Counted from the stretch's first letter, positions 49,101 to 63,391 are shown. The stretch is 64,000 nucleotides of DNA from Macrostomum lignano (GCA_002269645.1 NIVC01002519.1:62001-126000), one strand, 5' to 3'. Numbers and translations are program-made. The notes: generated by a model not told the origin, from the sequence alone.

Positions 49101-52100
49101 CAGCATAAGGCTCTTTTATACTAGCCTAATTCTCTGTTGGCACATTCGATTTTTTACCAAGGACGACTTAAGTAGAAGGACGGGAAACCTCGTTTCTTAG
49201 AAAATTTTTGAAGGCACTTTTTTCCGTAAAAATACACTGCGGAGATAGGAAATTTTCATTTTTTCAGCACAAAAATTGCTATTACTTTTGATAGGAGGCA
49301 GATCCAGTGTTCATCTTTTGATATGTTGTGCCTTTCTTATTGCTCTATCGATATTTATAAGGCTTTTCGTTCAGAAAATTAGATTTCTATGTTAATTTTT
49401 TATTTTACGTATATTTCCACGCGTCTTGTGCTTGAAATACATTAAGACTGCCACGGCTCGGCTCTTTGGTTTCATAAGTCTATTTTGTCATTCTTACCCG
49501 ACTGTGTAGCAAATATTCGTAACAGAGATGATAAAATAGATTCATAAAACCAAATATTGGAGCTGTGTCATGCATTTTTGTGATTTTCAGGTACAGGAAA
49601 TATACGTAGAATCAAAAATTAACATAGAAATCTAATTTTCTGAACGAAAAGCCTTATAAATATCGATAGAGCAATAAAAAAGGCACAACATATCAAAAGA
49701 TGAACACTGGATCTGCCTCCCATCAAAAGTAATAGCAATTTTTGTGCTGAAAAAATGAAAATCTCCTATCTCCGCAGTGTATTTTTACGGAAAAAGTGCC
49801 TTCAAAAATTTTCTAAGAAACGAGGTTTCCCGTCCTTCTACTTAAGTCGTCCTTGGTTTTTACATGCCCGTTCTAGTGCAGATCTTAGCGCAAGTTTTAG
49901 CTTGTTTTCAGTCCTCCGATTAGCCACTTAAGCTCCGCCTGAAATCCAAAGCACACTGAAAAAACCCACTGGCTGCAGAGCGGCCATAGACAATTCTAAC
50001 CCCAGATTCACTCATCCCGAGCCTACCGGATAGGACCATGTACATGTAGACAAAGTCGAAGACTCTGATAAAATCTGTGTTCTTGAGTCTATGGTGGAGA
50101 GCAAAAAAGAGACAGAAAGAAGTCTCTTTCGTGAAGCTGAACTGTCACTCTGTTTTCTTTACTAAATTTTATCTGTTCATTGCATACATAACTCATTGTG
50201 TCATGCTGTACGCTCATTATTCCACGCTTAGGGATCATTATTTTAGGCTTTTAAAAATACATTCATGAGACAATGTGTTTGTGTATATGGTTTTGTCATA
50301 GACAATGATAAATTTTAGTCACTCGTGGCTTCGCCACTCGTGAAAATTTTATCATTGTCTACCTCCAAAACCATATACACAATCTATCATTGCTGCTCCA
50401 ACTTCGTAGCTTCGTTTGTTTGTGCCTGTTCTGTTTTCCTATCTAACAGCAAAATAATTGTTTCTTTTAGGTGACATTACATAATTAATATGCAAGAAAT
50501 GCTTTTCCTAGGACCCAGTCTAAATTTTCTGCTTTTCTATCTCAACGACTCTGATCGTCCTGAGTCGACGACTCTTTTTCTCCTCTGATCAGCCATATCG
50601 GGGATTTTCAGAGTGACCGATTGGGTTCGATTGCACAAAAATCTCACAAAGACGCATCTAACGAGTTCGTACTATTCTAAAAAAATAAAATTATTGAGGG
50701 TCATCCCGCGGGGTTGCCGTCATAAACCCGAAAAATCACAACTCCAAAAGCACTTCCCATCATAAACCCGAAATATCATAACTCCAAAGACCAAAATAGT
50801 GTTGGACATTGCTAGAACTTTCGGAGTCATGTGTGGTATTTCGGGTTTGTGATATTTCGGGTTTGTGATATTTCGGGTTTGTGATATTTCGGGTTTGTGA
50901 TATTTCGGGTTTGTGATATTTCGGGTTTGTGATATTTCGGATTTATGATATTTCGAGTTTATGATATTTCGGGTTTGTGATATTTCGGGTTTATGATTTT
51001 TCGAGTTTATGATATTTCGGGTTTGTGATATTTCGGGTTTATGATTTTTCGGGTTTGTGATGTAAAGCGCTTTTTAGAGGTGTGATTTTTCGGGTTTGTG
51101 ATGCCCCCCCACCCCACGGAGGGATGGGAGGGTGGGAGAGTGGTCAACCCACAGGGGGTAGGAGGGTGGTCACCCGGGGACAGCAGCCCCTCTGCCCCCC
51201 TCCCCTGCGCCGCCACTGCTTGTTTTTAATGCTTTTCTAAAAGAAACATGACCTCATATTGACCTCCCCTGCATGGTTGGCATCTGCTTCATTGCAGTTA
51301 GGGCAGTAAACGTCTCAATCTCAAATGCCAGGTAACTGAAATACCGAATTACCAGTCTCAACTTTGCTGTAAAAGTCTTTTCGACTGCTTGCGGCTAATT
51401 TATGACCTTGATGAATGCCTGCTAAAGAAATTTTTACTGCCTAGTTAAACGAATATACAGTGAATCGATTTTGTCAAAATGTAGAGCCTTACGTCTGGTG
51501 AACATGCTGGCCAAAATCGATTCGCTCTTCTAGGTCGGCCAGCGCCTTCACGTGCAGCGGCGAATGAGGCAGAGCGCCGTGCACCCAGGGCAGCCCGAAA
51601 CAGGACAGGCAGCCGTTGATGATGGCCACTACCATCAGGTCCCAGTGGTAGGCTGAGCCTTTGCGAAGTCTGTTGATGAGGGTTAAAAATGTTACGACGA
51701 AATACGCTTTATTCTTAGCAGGTTCGGTAATGGTGATTTTTGGTTTCGGTAGTTGGTGATTGTCGGTTTTGTATTGGTGATTGTCGGTTTTGTATTGGTG
51801 ATTGTCGGTTTTGTATTGGTGATTGTCGGTTTTTGTATTGGTGATTGTCGGTTTTGTATTGGTGATTGTCGGTTTTGTATTGGTGATTGTCGGTTTTTGT
51901 ATTGGTGATTGTCGGTTTTGTATTGGTGATTGTCGGTTTTTGTATCGGTAATTTTCGGTTTTGGTAGTTGGTGATTGTCGGTTTCGGTAATGGTGATTGT
52001 CGGTTTTGTATTGGTGATTGTCGGTTTTGTATTGGTGATTGTCGGTTTTGTATTGGTGATTGTCGGTTTTTGTATTGGTGATTGTCGGTTTCGGTAATGG

Positions 52101-55100
52101 TGATTGCCGGTTTCGGTAATGGTGATTGTCGGTTTCAGTAGATGTTGATTGTTGGTTTTTGTAATGGTTATTGGTTGTTGATTTTGGTAGATATTGATTT
52201 TCGGTTTCTGTAATGGTGTTAGTAGATTAAGGAAATGGTGATTGTCAGTTTCGGTAAAAGTGATTGTTGGTTTCATTTGGTGTGGACATTGGTTTCATTT
52301 GGCACGACACAAATGTCGTTTGTTGCAAAGGGCTTTGAGTTCCATATCTCTAGCAACCATGATTTCCAGGGACAATCGGATTGTCCTTTGTTTCCTGGGG
52401 TCAAGAAACTGAGTATAATGCAGAGCCTAAATCAAATGCAAACACACAATTTCGGCGTTCTTCAAGGATCTTAGCCTGACAAAACAGACATTGATCGGCA
52501 TTGATTCGAAATGAATTAAATTGCCCACGCAAAATGTACTACAAATCGATTAGCATTGATCCCAGTGCGTGGGTGTCGTTGCAAGTGGAACTTTGAGCTG
52601 GTCCCTATAGAGCAGCCTTTGAAGTTTCATCGTCATAGGAAAAATAGAAATAGCAATCAGGGAGAGAAATCTCAGAAACTCGACAGCTTCAAACGTCGAG
52701 CTTTGATCACGCAAAGGAGATTCTTGTTCGTTTCCAAAAATAACTGCCCAAACGTGTCAATAATTCTAAGATACAGTAAAAGCTTAGTAAAACTCAGAAA
52801 ACGACTCACTTATTAGTTGGGCAATTCACCATAGCCGAGCTGATGTTCTGATCCATAAAGAACAGCATGGACAGCGGGATCGCCAGACCAAATGCACCGA
52901 GAATGGCTGTCCATGGCAGCGGTTGGGCAATCACAAAGACAAGATGCAGCTGACGATTACAGGTAAAGTTCTCCTCTGAAAAATGCAATTATAAACAAAA
53001 TTCAAGGCTCTCTTCTCTTGCCAATACTGTTCATGGTAACCAATTAGTGAGCTCACGGTAGACATCGCGGAACAAGTAGGTTCCAAAGAAGGACATAACC
53101 AGCACTGACACGGGCAGGGAGAAGTCAGTGATCAGCTCTCGTTTAGCCCGGTTTAGATATGGCCTGCAATTTCAGCATTGGAATTGGAGTCATTTAGTTA
53201 GTCAGTTGGGGGCATTTGGGGCTCTGCGATCGGATCAAAACAGACTGACACCTGCTTGCAGCTATTAATTGACAGCACGTCTTTTGCAAGAGGCCAATAT
53301 ATGTTAAGTAGGAATTCTAAAACCGTTGCACCGTAGTGAGCCAAGTACGGCTGGTTTTTTTTCTAAAACCACGTTTGTTAACAGCAAGACATTGTTGATA
53401 GATGACCAGCAGTTGGTGGCTAAAGGTAGCAATTGACGTACAGGTTGCCAACAAGTTTCATTGCATTCACTTTTCTTTTAACGGGAAGAAACTAGTCTGT
53501 CATTTTACGAGTTAAACATTTTTCTATCGTGCAATATGGATGAGCTATGTAAAAAGGGTATTTTTAAGTAAAAATCTTAGTTACGAGTTTTTAACACTGA
53601 TCTGCATTTGATGGTTCAAATGATTTCAATGCTTCGAAACTGAGCTGTGCTGACAAAAGTAAACTATGAAGTAGGAAATAGCTTACGTTTTAGTAAAATT
53701 CAGTAAGTACATCGACAAGAACACGGTGCCCAGACAGAGCAGCACAAACAGAATGCTGGTGTCCCGATGACACACTTTAGCGACAGCAACTGCCGACGCT
53801 TCGGTGACGTTCGACAAGCCGCCAGCGGCCGCCACAGTTGTTGTCACCAGCACTGTAGTTGTCGTTGCTAGGGCGTCGTCAACGGTGGAATTACTAACGG
53901 AGCCAGCTCCCGTTGTAGCGCTCTCGCAGTAGAATTTTTTAAAGTCTGCTCACGGACCAATGATACATGTAAATCCAATCATTGTTAGATCAAAATGGTT
54001 CCACATTTAAAATAACTTACTGCTATATACGCTTTTGAAAGCGTCCACGGTGAAGGCCACCGAAATGAACAGCGCGAATATCTCCTCTGTGCTTCTAGTT
54101 GACCAGCGCATCAGCTTGCTCAGGTCAAACATTGAGTATAGGAGCAGCAAGAATGCGTTGAATAGGCCTACCCAGCCGAAGAATGCAAAGAAGTCCAGCT
54201 TGTGCTCTTTGCTCAGATCGTATATAACTAAAATGGTTGCAGAATCGTTGGTAGACCGTCGACCATCATCAGTTGAGAAGGCAAGCGGCACACGCAAACC
54301 CACGCGGATACGTTACTAAGGCCCACTTGAAGTTACAGGATGCTAAATTTACTCGCATTCAACGGAATTTTATATTAAAGCCCGATTTCGCCAACAAAAT
54401 ATGTAACGTTAGAGATAAGAAGTTAGGAAATCTTCAGTTTTTTAGCTATAAACTAGAGATGTAGTCTCCCTACGGGTGGGACTGTTAAGAAGTTAAGATC
54501 AGAACGGTATGTTTGGAGAAATATTGCCCCGGTTGACAGTCTCCAGTGAATGGCATTCCCGAAAAATTTACATGAAAATTAGATAAACCTACGAAGCTAT
54601 ACTTTGGGACAACACAAATGCCGCGGCTTCATGTGGCTGTTTTAATAACAGAAGGAAGCCACTCGTCCACAAAATGCTGGAAATTGTGTGGATTTTCCGT
54701 CTCGGTAATGCGAAATTCGGCCTTTAATTTCATTTTCTTAGAAAACGAGCGTTGCGTCCTTGTACAGTGGTAACTTCTGGGGCTCCTACGCAGGCACACA
54801 CTCACACAGGAGTGTACAGCGGCTCAAACTTTATTTATCGTTAGGCATGTACACTTCACTGTGCCTTGGGGTTGGCCTTGAAGGCCGTTAATTGCACGAG
54901 CAGAGCCAAGCCGAGATTCCAATTTAGCTCCAAATTAATGTGACTGCACTTGGAATCGAGCCTGGACCTTTGTAGTAGATTGTGGATACCCGATAAAATA
55001 TCTTATTTAGAAAGGGAATGAAGAACCAGAAATTCACGCTTGGCGAAGTAGAAAGATTTTTTACATAGGAAGTTCTTTAGTGTCTAACCATGTTCTCTAG

Positions 55101-58100
55101 TGCCTGGCGAACTTATACCAATCTATTCTCATCAGGTCTCTCAAGTGCAAAAGCCATTAGACACGAGTTTCACTTCTCTCAGCCAACGCGCACTGGAACC
55201 CGAGTGGCATCGTAAAGAAATATTAGGTTATAACCGCTGCGCTGAGAACTCGAGGCTTCCATAATCTCGAATCTCGAACCCCATGCCAGGTTGCCTCAGA
55301 AGAATAAAGTGGTTCCCGCAGTGGATCATCGCATCGACTCTCTCCTCCTCTCTCCAGGGAAGCGAACTCAGCCCCTACTTGAGGTGGCACTTTGGCCCAA
55401 TTTTCATCCCGCCGCTTGCTGTTGAAGCCTTCATCCTTCGGGCACTGCATCGCCTACTAGGCTGCAAGATCCCACTGGACTCTGACACGCTGCAGCGCAA
55501 GTCTGCCTCGGCAGAGATAGAGCTATAGAAAGCGGAATTTCCACTGCCCGGCCAATAATCTGAATGCTAATTACAAAACGAACTTTAGTTCGCATAGAAC
55601 CGGGGTACGAAATTAAGGCTTTCGTCTTCTCTTTCGGTCATCCTTTTAAGCCCAGGCCTACTGAGACAGGATGCGAAAGAAGCTAAGCTAAGATGCGAGG
55701 AACCATGAGTAGTATTTATCTCACTGGGCCGACTGATTTCTAGTAGCCTCGCGTCTCTGGCAAGCCAACGGAAAACTCGATCCCACGACTGCCTGCCACC
55801 ATATTAGCTAGTTTTCCTTCAGCACTACAAGATCCTGTCCGAGAGTAGAAGAGGCACTTTGGAACGCCCGCCCTCGCATAAAGTGCTTCTGCACTTTTCC
55901 CACTTTGGCATTCCCTCTTTGGTCATTCCAACTTCTGTGTTGCTTTAACCTCCCGGAGTGTCCAAATTGAGAATCAGGAGGTTCAAAGGTTCAAAATCAA
56001 ATACAATACTAACATCTCTATCCTTGCCCTTTTAAGTTGCTGAACCTCTCAAAGCCGCAGAAAATCTTAAAATATTATAGTTACCGAAAGTTTGCATTGC
56101 AACAAAATTATTGTAGTGTAGGTGTGTCATGACTAATGATAAGGCCATGACACTAAAACCTACTTAAAATGATGCAATTATGAATACAGTTTCGGCAATT
56201 GATTGCTGCATTTATGCACAGTTTAGAACTTTTTAGTATCTTAGTTAGCTTCACTTATTTATTCCGCAAAAGTGCAACACCAGCGGCATTCCATGGTGTA
56301 CTAAGTAGCAAACCAGTTGGCAGGGAAACCATCTGGAACTATTATTAATTGTTCCACTCGGACTGCTTGCAACGGACCTTTATTTATTATTATCGCTGAT
56401 GCAGCACTGATGCTGTGGAGAAGAACTTTACCTGCTTTTTATTGCTGGCATCCATCTTTTGCCAAATTTTTTCCCTGGAAAACCCCAATTTGCAGTTTAG
56501 CATTTGTGCGCGGTTCGGGCAAAAAAGTGCATCCGGTACTTATTACTATAGTCTTTATGGAAACCGAATCCAATGGTGAACTTTCTGCAGCACAAACAAA
56601 AGCAGTAATTTGGTGAACTCTTTTGCCAGAATGAGGAAACGCCTCCAAGTATTTTAACTTCTTAACTGGACTAGCAAATGTCGCAAAGCAGAACCACAGG
56701 AGAAAACAAGTGACAGCTGAAACAGAATGACGCCGCACTTCCATATCCCGGGTGTTGTGTTCGCTTAATTAACTTGTGATTACATTTACAGCGAGGCGCA
56801 TTCCTGCTTCATTTGAAAGTTGGAAGTCCAGACTTGGAGATTTTGGTGATTTACTGTTAAAAAGAAGCTGAAAACTTTCCAGCGTCTTTCTGCTTCAGAG
56901 CAGTGCATGGTAGAATCACTGATGCAGACAGTAAAAGATACGACGACAAGGGCCTATGAACAAGGACGCTGAAGTCGACTTTATTAGAAATGAGATGGAG
57001 GCCGATAAGGAACGTGTATTGGTCGTATCGTCAGCAGAGTGCATTTAGTCAAGGACGACACAAGTAGGACGGGGAAACTACATTTCTTCTCGGAAAATTT
57101 TAGGAGGCAGTTTTTACCGTAAAAATAGAATCGAATCGATAGAAAGGAGACCCAGTGTTTATCTTTTGATTTTTATTATTTTATATAGCTAATCTAAGAA
57201 TGATTAAATAGATACATAAAATCAAAAAAACCCAACTAGGATGCTTTGCTTGTAACATTTCATGGTAAACAAAGCCCAATTTAATTTAACTTACTTCTCG
57301 TGTACAGCGCTAGCGGTGCCGTAGTCAGCATGACAATCAGAGGCTGCCCTCCTAATAGTGCGAATGCGATGCCAGCAATACTCTGCGATAGAATTACTCG
57401 CTGCACCGCTGAAATGATTGGTTTCGTTGTAAATTTGTGCTGTTGCAGTGGTCAAAGAAGTACATTTTTTATCTCGTCCGCGGGGCTGTGTGCACCCTGG
57501 TGCACTTTTAGCGTCATTGTCACACAAACCGGTGAGAGGCTTTACGAGTACATCCGCCCATTCCGCCGACTCCCCTGAGCAGGCAAACAAGCGCGCGGAT
57601 ACGTACGCAGTCATACGCACAGGCACACACTCACACAGGAGTGTACAGCGGCCCTAACTTTATTTATCGTTGGACGTTAAGCATGTACACTTTACTGCGC
57701 CTTGAAGGTTGACCATCAAGGGCGTTTTAATTAACTGCACGAGCAGGGCCCAGCCGAGATTCCAATTTAGCCCCAAATTAATGTGACTGCACTTGGAATC
57801 GAGCCTGGGCGGCTGGCACACCAGAGCGCCGCGCTAGACCTGGCCACGGCCCCCCCCCCATCACGTCGCCCAAAGCACTAAGGAAGAATTAAAGAGTTAA
57901 AAACCTAATCGACTTACTGATCATGCCTCCAGTTTGATTGTCGTTCAGAACTCCGAATGCAATGCTGGGCATAAGGCAGGCAAAATATAAAAATGTGATG
58001 GTTGACATCACCTTTCTCGGGGTTGCGTTGCCGCGAAGGCCTAGAGGCAGAAAATTGTTGAAATTATCGAGCATTTTGAATGTTTTCTTCAATATATCAA

Positions 58101-61061
58101 GTGAAATTCAGTATTGTACGAGAGATATCCGGAAAGTTCTGACACTTTTTCTCAGAGAAAAAAACGGAAAAGGAAACAACTTTTGTGTCATTTAACAGCG
58201 GCACATTTCTTCCTTCTGATACATGTTAAGTTTAACTTATTTTGGTCATTTTATTAAAATTTTAAATTGCTTTCAAGCATGATTTTTTAAAGTAATGACC
58301 AAACTACCCCAGATTGAATTGATTAGAAAGAAGAAGCGTGTCGTTTTAAATTGTCACCAAAGTTGTGTTCTGCAGCTGCTTCCGTTTCTTTGGTCTGGGA
58401 TTAAAACAGGGACTACTCAAATACCGGGATGGGAAACTAGGAGTTTTTTACGAGGCTGGCTGGTAGTCCCTGGATTAAAAGTGTCCGAACTTTCAGGCCA
58501 CGCCTCGTACAAAATCGGAACTGAAACCGAGGCGAAACGCACCGTCCATAAAGTCGGACGGATAGTGCGGCAGGCGGCGCTTGAAGTCCGCCCTGATTCC
58601 GTTGCACAGCAGCCAAGTGCTGTCCTGAAAGAAACATTTACGAGCTAATTGACGTTCGAGTGAACATGGATACAAGCAGGAATTAGTAAAAAATCGATGT
58701 ACGAAATCATGTACAACTAAAGTCAAAGTTCTTGAAGGAGTCTTACTGGAAACCGGGTTTTATTTACTTTTTAAAAGTACTTTACGTTTTATCAATGTAA
58801 ATTTCACGTCGTTGTTTTTCCGATTTATATCTTTAATGCTATAGAAGGGAATTGTAACGCGACTTTGGTCGCCTATTGGCTAGAGCTATTTAATGCACGA
58901 GAAATATATATCGTGATTACAAAGTTGCCCAATAGTCAGATTTTCCGGCTTTAATGTCTATGGCCACTCGTCCGCGCGCACGCTAGGCATAGACATTTAA
59001 GCACGTACTTAAAACCGACTAATGAACTCCTCATTTTTGCTGATCGGAGTTTTGTCCATGGTAAAACAGGAAAACGTCACTTGACGGCATGCAAAATTCA
59101 GTTTTCATTTCTTTTTGTTAGCCTGAATAAGAATTTTTAACTAAGAGTGGTAGCATCCTTTCAAATTAATAGTCCTTGCATGGCAGGTGCTTTTTTTCAA
59201 CTTACGTAACTAAACGCTTGTGACATGAAGTCCTTTGTGCGCAGACTTTTCCGTCTGTAGATTTTCTGCTCTTCTCCTAGATCCTGGGCATGGCCCTGCA
59301 GCATCTCCTTGAACTCGGCCTCCGTCTCGGCCAGAAGAAGTCGCTGGCGAAAGTCGCTGTCGGCCAAAATCGTAGCAAATGTCCTACCGAGCTCGATGTC
59401 ACTCTTCGTACCTTTCTGCAAATCAATATTTGATTAAAAAATTTAGCATCGCCATAAGAATTCTACATCGTCTTATGAGCATTTTTCTAATGATTGACCA
59501 GAGGCATAATTCTCACCTCTTTTGTTGGCGTTACAACGAGCAGCACAAAGTACACGCCTTCGGACGAGCGGCCCAGGTTAACTGGGCTAGCGAGTCGGGC
59601 GATGGCCACGTGTCGTTTGTGCACACCGTTCAAGGAGCACCTGGGTTTTAGGAATTCAGAAAAAATGATTTAGCTACTCTTTATTAATTAATAACTATCA
59701 GAAGCATTACCATTACACAGATTATTCTCGAATCTTACATGGTGCATAACCAACTATTGTCGGTAATCAGGCCTTCATTGTCGATGATCGATATGCTTTT
59801 AATAGTCTTGGCTAGTCTCTGATCTGCAAGTTAAAATGAGCAGTCATTCGAGTTAAAAAACTTTGTAATTCTTTGAAGTACAAAGACTCGCAATATGAAT
59901 TACGCCTGCTTACAAGTGTAGTCTAGCCAACTGGCCTGAAGGAACAGAGTCTTCTTAGCCTCTTGAACCTTGGCATCGAGCCAGTTGCTACAGTCAGCCT
60001 CGTCTCGACTCGAATGAGACTCCTGATCGGCTCGGAAAATTGATTGCAGCATCTTCTCAACGATGCACTCAATATTGGCTCCTTCGAGATCCAGCAGCAG
60101 GGTGGCTTCCTTCAGAAAGCGTTCGATGTCTAAATTGGCTCGCACCTCGCTGCTGAAATCCTTCAGCGGTATCTTCTGTTGGAAGCGGTTTCCCAAAGGT
60201 TTTTGCTGTTATTGTTTTTTTTTCTATGCTTTACCTTGATTATCTCACAGAAAGTTTGCAACACTTACCTCCAGCCGTGACACAACCAGACAAGGTAGTG
60301 ACTCGTCTGTAATGGCATAAAATAATTACGAGTATTATGAGCTTGAACTGTAGTTCTTGGAAAATCAAATTGAAATTGAAATCCAATTAACGAAATACAT
60401 TCCCTCATATATAGTTATTGACTAAACATATTGGATACTTAAAAGCAATCAGAACCGCGGTCAAGTTCACCGTTGTATGAGGACGTAGCACTTAATTTCG
60501 CTTAAAGTAGGAACTTTTAAGTTTGGTATCATTGCATTGTCAATATCTAACCTAAAGGGCTTCCAATATTACATGCACTTCCTTGAATACATGAATTCCT
60601 TTTTTAAATCTGTCGGAAGTAGGAAAACTGCGATCGTATCTGAAAATCCTGAAGTCTAAAATCCGACTGGAAAAATCAGCGCAGGAAAAAAAATACATTT
60701 TGCTTCAATTTGCGCGTCTGCCTGACATTTTACAGTAGCATCTCTTTTCTGAATTTAATTCGATAAACTTGTCCGATGCGAAATCTTCCTATTAATAGCA
60801 GAAGGTTAGAAGTATATTCCATCTTTCTTATAATGGCTTCAAAGGTATTGTCCTTTGTGTGTTACTTGTTAAAATTTTCCGAACGTGATTTACACCGCAT
60901 TTACTGTTACTCAATCTAGACGTCATGCTCTGCAGGCCTGCCGGAGGCTGGGCTGGCTGCAGTAAGTCGCCGCCAACAACTGCAACACCATCGAGACCGT
61001 CGCCATTCCATTCGATTGAGTAGTCGTCGCTGAGCACACTTTGCACTCGGTGGATTTCCAT
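46151..61061 (-). CDS. SLC4A11: SLC4A11-like (bicarbonate-transporter-related) membrane transporter, about 849 aa, 17 exons
   Basis: Exons: 61061-60896 (donor ambiguous), 60306-60269, 60175-59914, 59823-59739, 59640-59517, 59415-59206, 58624-58543, 58040-57918, 57408-57295, 54227-54021, 53945-53687, 53163-53057, 52975-52810, 51669-51493, 49049-48854, 47940-47771, 46214-46151. All GT-AG with consistent phases (2550 nt). Motifs [24 protein letters not shown]...[35 protein letters not shown] and [11 protein letters not shown]. The first two exons are less certain. Confidence 0.92.
46600..46790. repeat. C-rich 28-30-bp minisatellite
   Basis: CTTTGCCCCAACCCCCAGCCCTGTGTGA variants. Confidence 0.9.
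47190..47580 (-). mobile_element. tRNA-derived SINE, near full length
   Basis: Minus-strand head GGGGCCGTAGCCCAGCGGTAGCGC...GGCTCGATTCC (A and B boxes). Body shared with 54785-54965 and 57430-57852. Confidence 0.8.
49158..49855. mobile_element. ~700-bp foldback MITE with CAAGG...CCTTG termini, P-superfamily-like
   Basis: Very long, near-perfect inverted arms. 8-bp flanks TTTTTTAC (49150-49157) / GTTTTTAC (49856-49863). Confidence 0.85.
50720..51218. repeat. 16-bp minisatellite (GTGATATTTCGGGTTT) within a probable hAT-like MITE
   Basis: Array at ~50840-51100, inverted copies at 50722-50790, and an end GCGCCGCCACTG (reverse complement CAGTGGCGGCGC). Confidence 0.75.
51725..52260. repeat. 21-22-bp minisatellite (TTGGTGATTGTCGGTTTTGTA)
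   Basis: Directly visible in a transporter intron. Confidence 0.95.
54785..54965 (-). mobile_element. Truncated copy of the tRNA-derived SINE
   Basis: Near-identical to 47350-47530. Confidence 0.8.
57048..57180. mobile_element. Partial copy of the CAAGG-terminus MITE
   Basis: CAAGGACGACACAAGTAGGACGGGGAAACTACATTTC... matches the termini of 4286 and 49158. Confidence 0.6.
57430..57852 (-). mobile_element. tRNA-derived SINE, near full length
   Basis: Homologous to 47190-47580, including the tRNA-like head. Confidence 0.8.
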
Positions 61062-62280
61062 TTATTCCAAAGAATAATTCCGCGCTGTACAGCAGAAATG
61101 TGCAATTGCTAGAAGATGGCTATCTCTACAAGCTTTATGCAATATGTTCAGAAAAGAATTCCCGGATGTCAATTGCAAACCTTTTAAAAGCAGATTTCGC
61201 ATTCTTGCCCTCTTTGATTGGTCGACCGGCTGCTTCTGAACAGAATGTTGTCTTCAGCCAATTGAAGCAAAAGTATTCCCATAAAGAGAGGTCTTGCTGC
61301 ATGATTGAAGATCTAACTACTAGTGCACGTGGTCACGGTGGCACAGAGAGTGTACCTGTTTGACAGTTGGAAAGTCAGGCCCGCTGTACCCCTGCGTGAG
61401 CGTGTGTTATGAGTGCATGCCTGCGTACAGTATTGGCGCTTGCATGTGCTCTCAGGAGTCAGCGAAATGGGCAGAATTGCCCCCCCCCCCATCGTGCACT
61501 CAGCTCGTATAGAGCCCCCGTTTGTAATCTAACAACTGTCAATTAAAGCAGATTAAAGGAAACGATAGCATGAGTAGGGCTAATAGAAATAGAAATCTGA
61601 TGTCATAAAGAAAATGCGATAATGTTCGCAACTGCCTACTATTAACTACTATTTGTCAATAGTAGCGTGCTGCAAATATTAAAATGTTTTTATATCAAGT
61701 TGCTAATTTTTTGAGGCGTCGATCGCTCTACACCTCAACTCATAGCAGCTCAAAACCTTGTGATCAGCTCGCAGAAAGGATAGGGATGTTTCCTGAGAAC
61801 AACGCAGTCAGAATCAGTCACATGATCCCTCTGTATGGGGAGAATATCCCAAGAAAACATCCGCTTTTTGAAATCCAATATCGCCAAAAAAACCAGAAGT
61901 CAGACCAGCCATATCCGTCTTCTTTCATTTATTTTACCTCAAAGTCACGAATCTGGACTCTGTCCCGCCCACCTATTTGCAGAGAGCACTGGCTGCCAAA
62001 TCTATGCATGCGTGAAATGCCTGCTCAGTGTCGTCTCTTTCTACTTAAAGAATCACATGGAACACTGGAAGTTTGGCAGTTCAAGGCAGTTAGCTCATCA
62101 GCAGAGCTAACGTTTATTCGTTAGTTAGGTATCTGTTGATGCAGGGTTATGAGTGAATTACCAATTCTTGAATACAGAGAGGATATTTAGAGTGCAGATT
62201 TAGAGTTGAGAAGTAGAGTATTGATTTAACAAATGTCGCGAATTCGTTCACTTATTTCAGGGCGCATAAATATTGGCAGA

Positions 62281-62750
<470 letters not shown>

Positions 62751-63391
62751 TTTCAAATAGTCATAATAAAATAATTCAGAATTCGTTTTGCAGCTGCAAA
62801 ACGAAAAAAAGATATTTAACTAACTTTATATAGCGAAGCCTCATAGCCAAAGGAATCCTTTCATCATCTTTTGAAGTTCATTCTTGCATCTCTCATTTTT
62901 ATGATTAGATACTCGTTTCATTTTATCCAGTCTCCCTTGCTTCCCCGCTCCTCTCCGGCCCCAGGAAGTGCGGCCGGGTCGGCAGGGTGATGTTTTACCG
63001 GACCACTCGGCAAGCTCAGCCACCCGAGCTCTGCTCGAGTTTCTTATCCCTAGACCCCGGGGGTCGGGCCTAGCAACTACAAGCGACGATTTATAGTTAT
63101 AAATGAAGACTTGCTCTCTTAGCTAGGCAGGTGAAAGTCAGAATAAGTTGGGCCATCCCTCAGTGTTGCACTCAATAGAGTATTATAAATTTGACGACTT
63201 GCTTCCTTCCCTTTTCTAGAATGCCCCCGTCGCGTCGCCTTCACTTTCTGTCCAGAATCTCAGCTCTTCCTGGCTTGCCTCATCAACAGGCCACGCCGAG
63301 CTTCAAATAGGAAATGCGTGGGTTGGGACTGCGCTTGCTTGTTTGAAAGCTTCTCTTTGCTGCAAATTTTATTTGCCGCCTTCGGGATCTC

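Noticed and set aside
62841-63023. Alternative first exon of the transporter
   Set aside because: The ORF ends in its own stop, with no suitable donor and no similarity to SLC4 N-termini.
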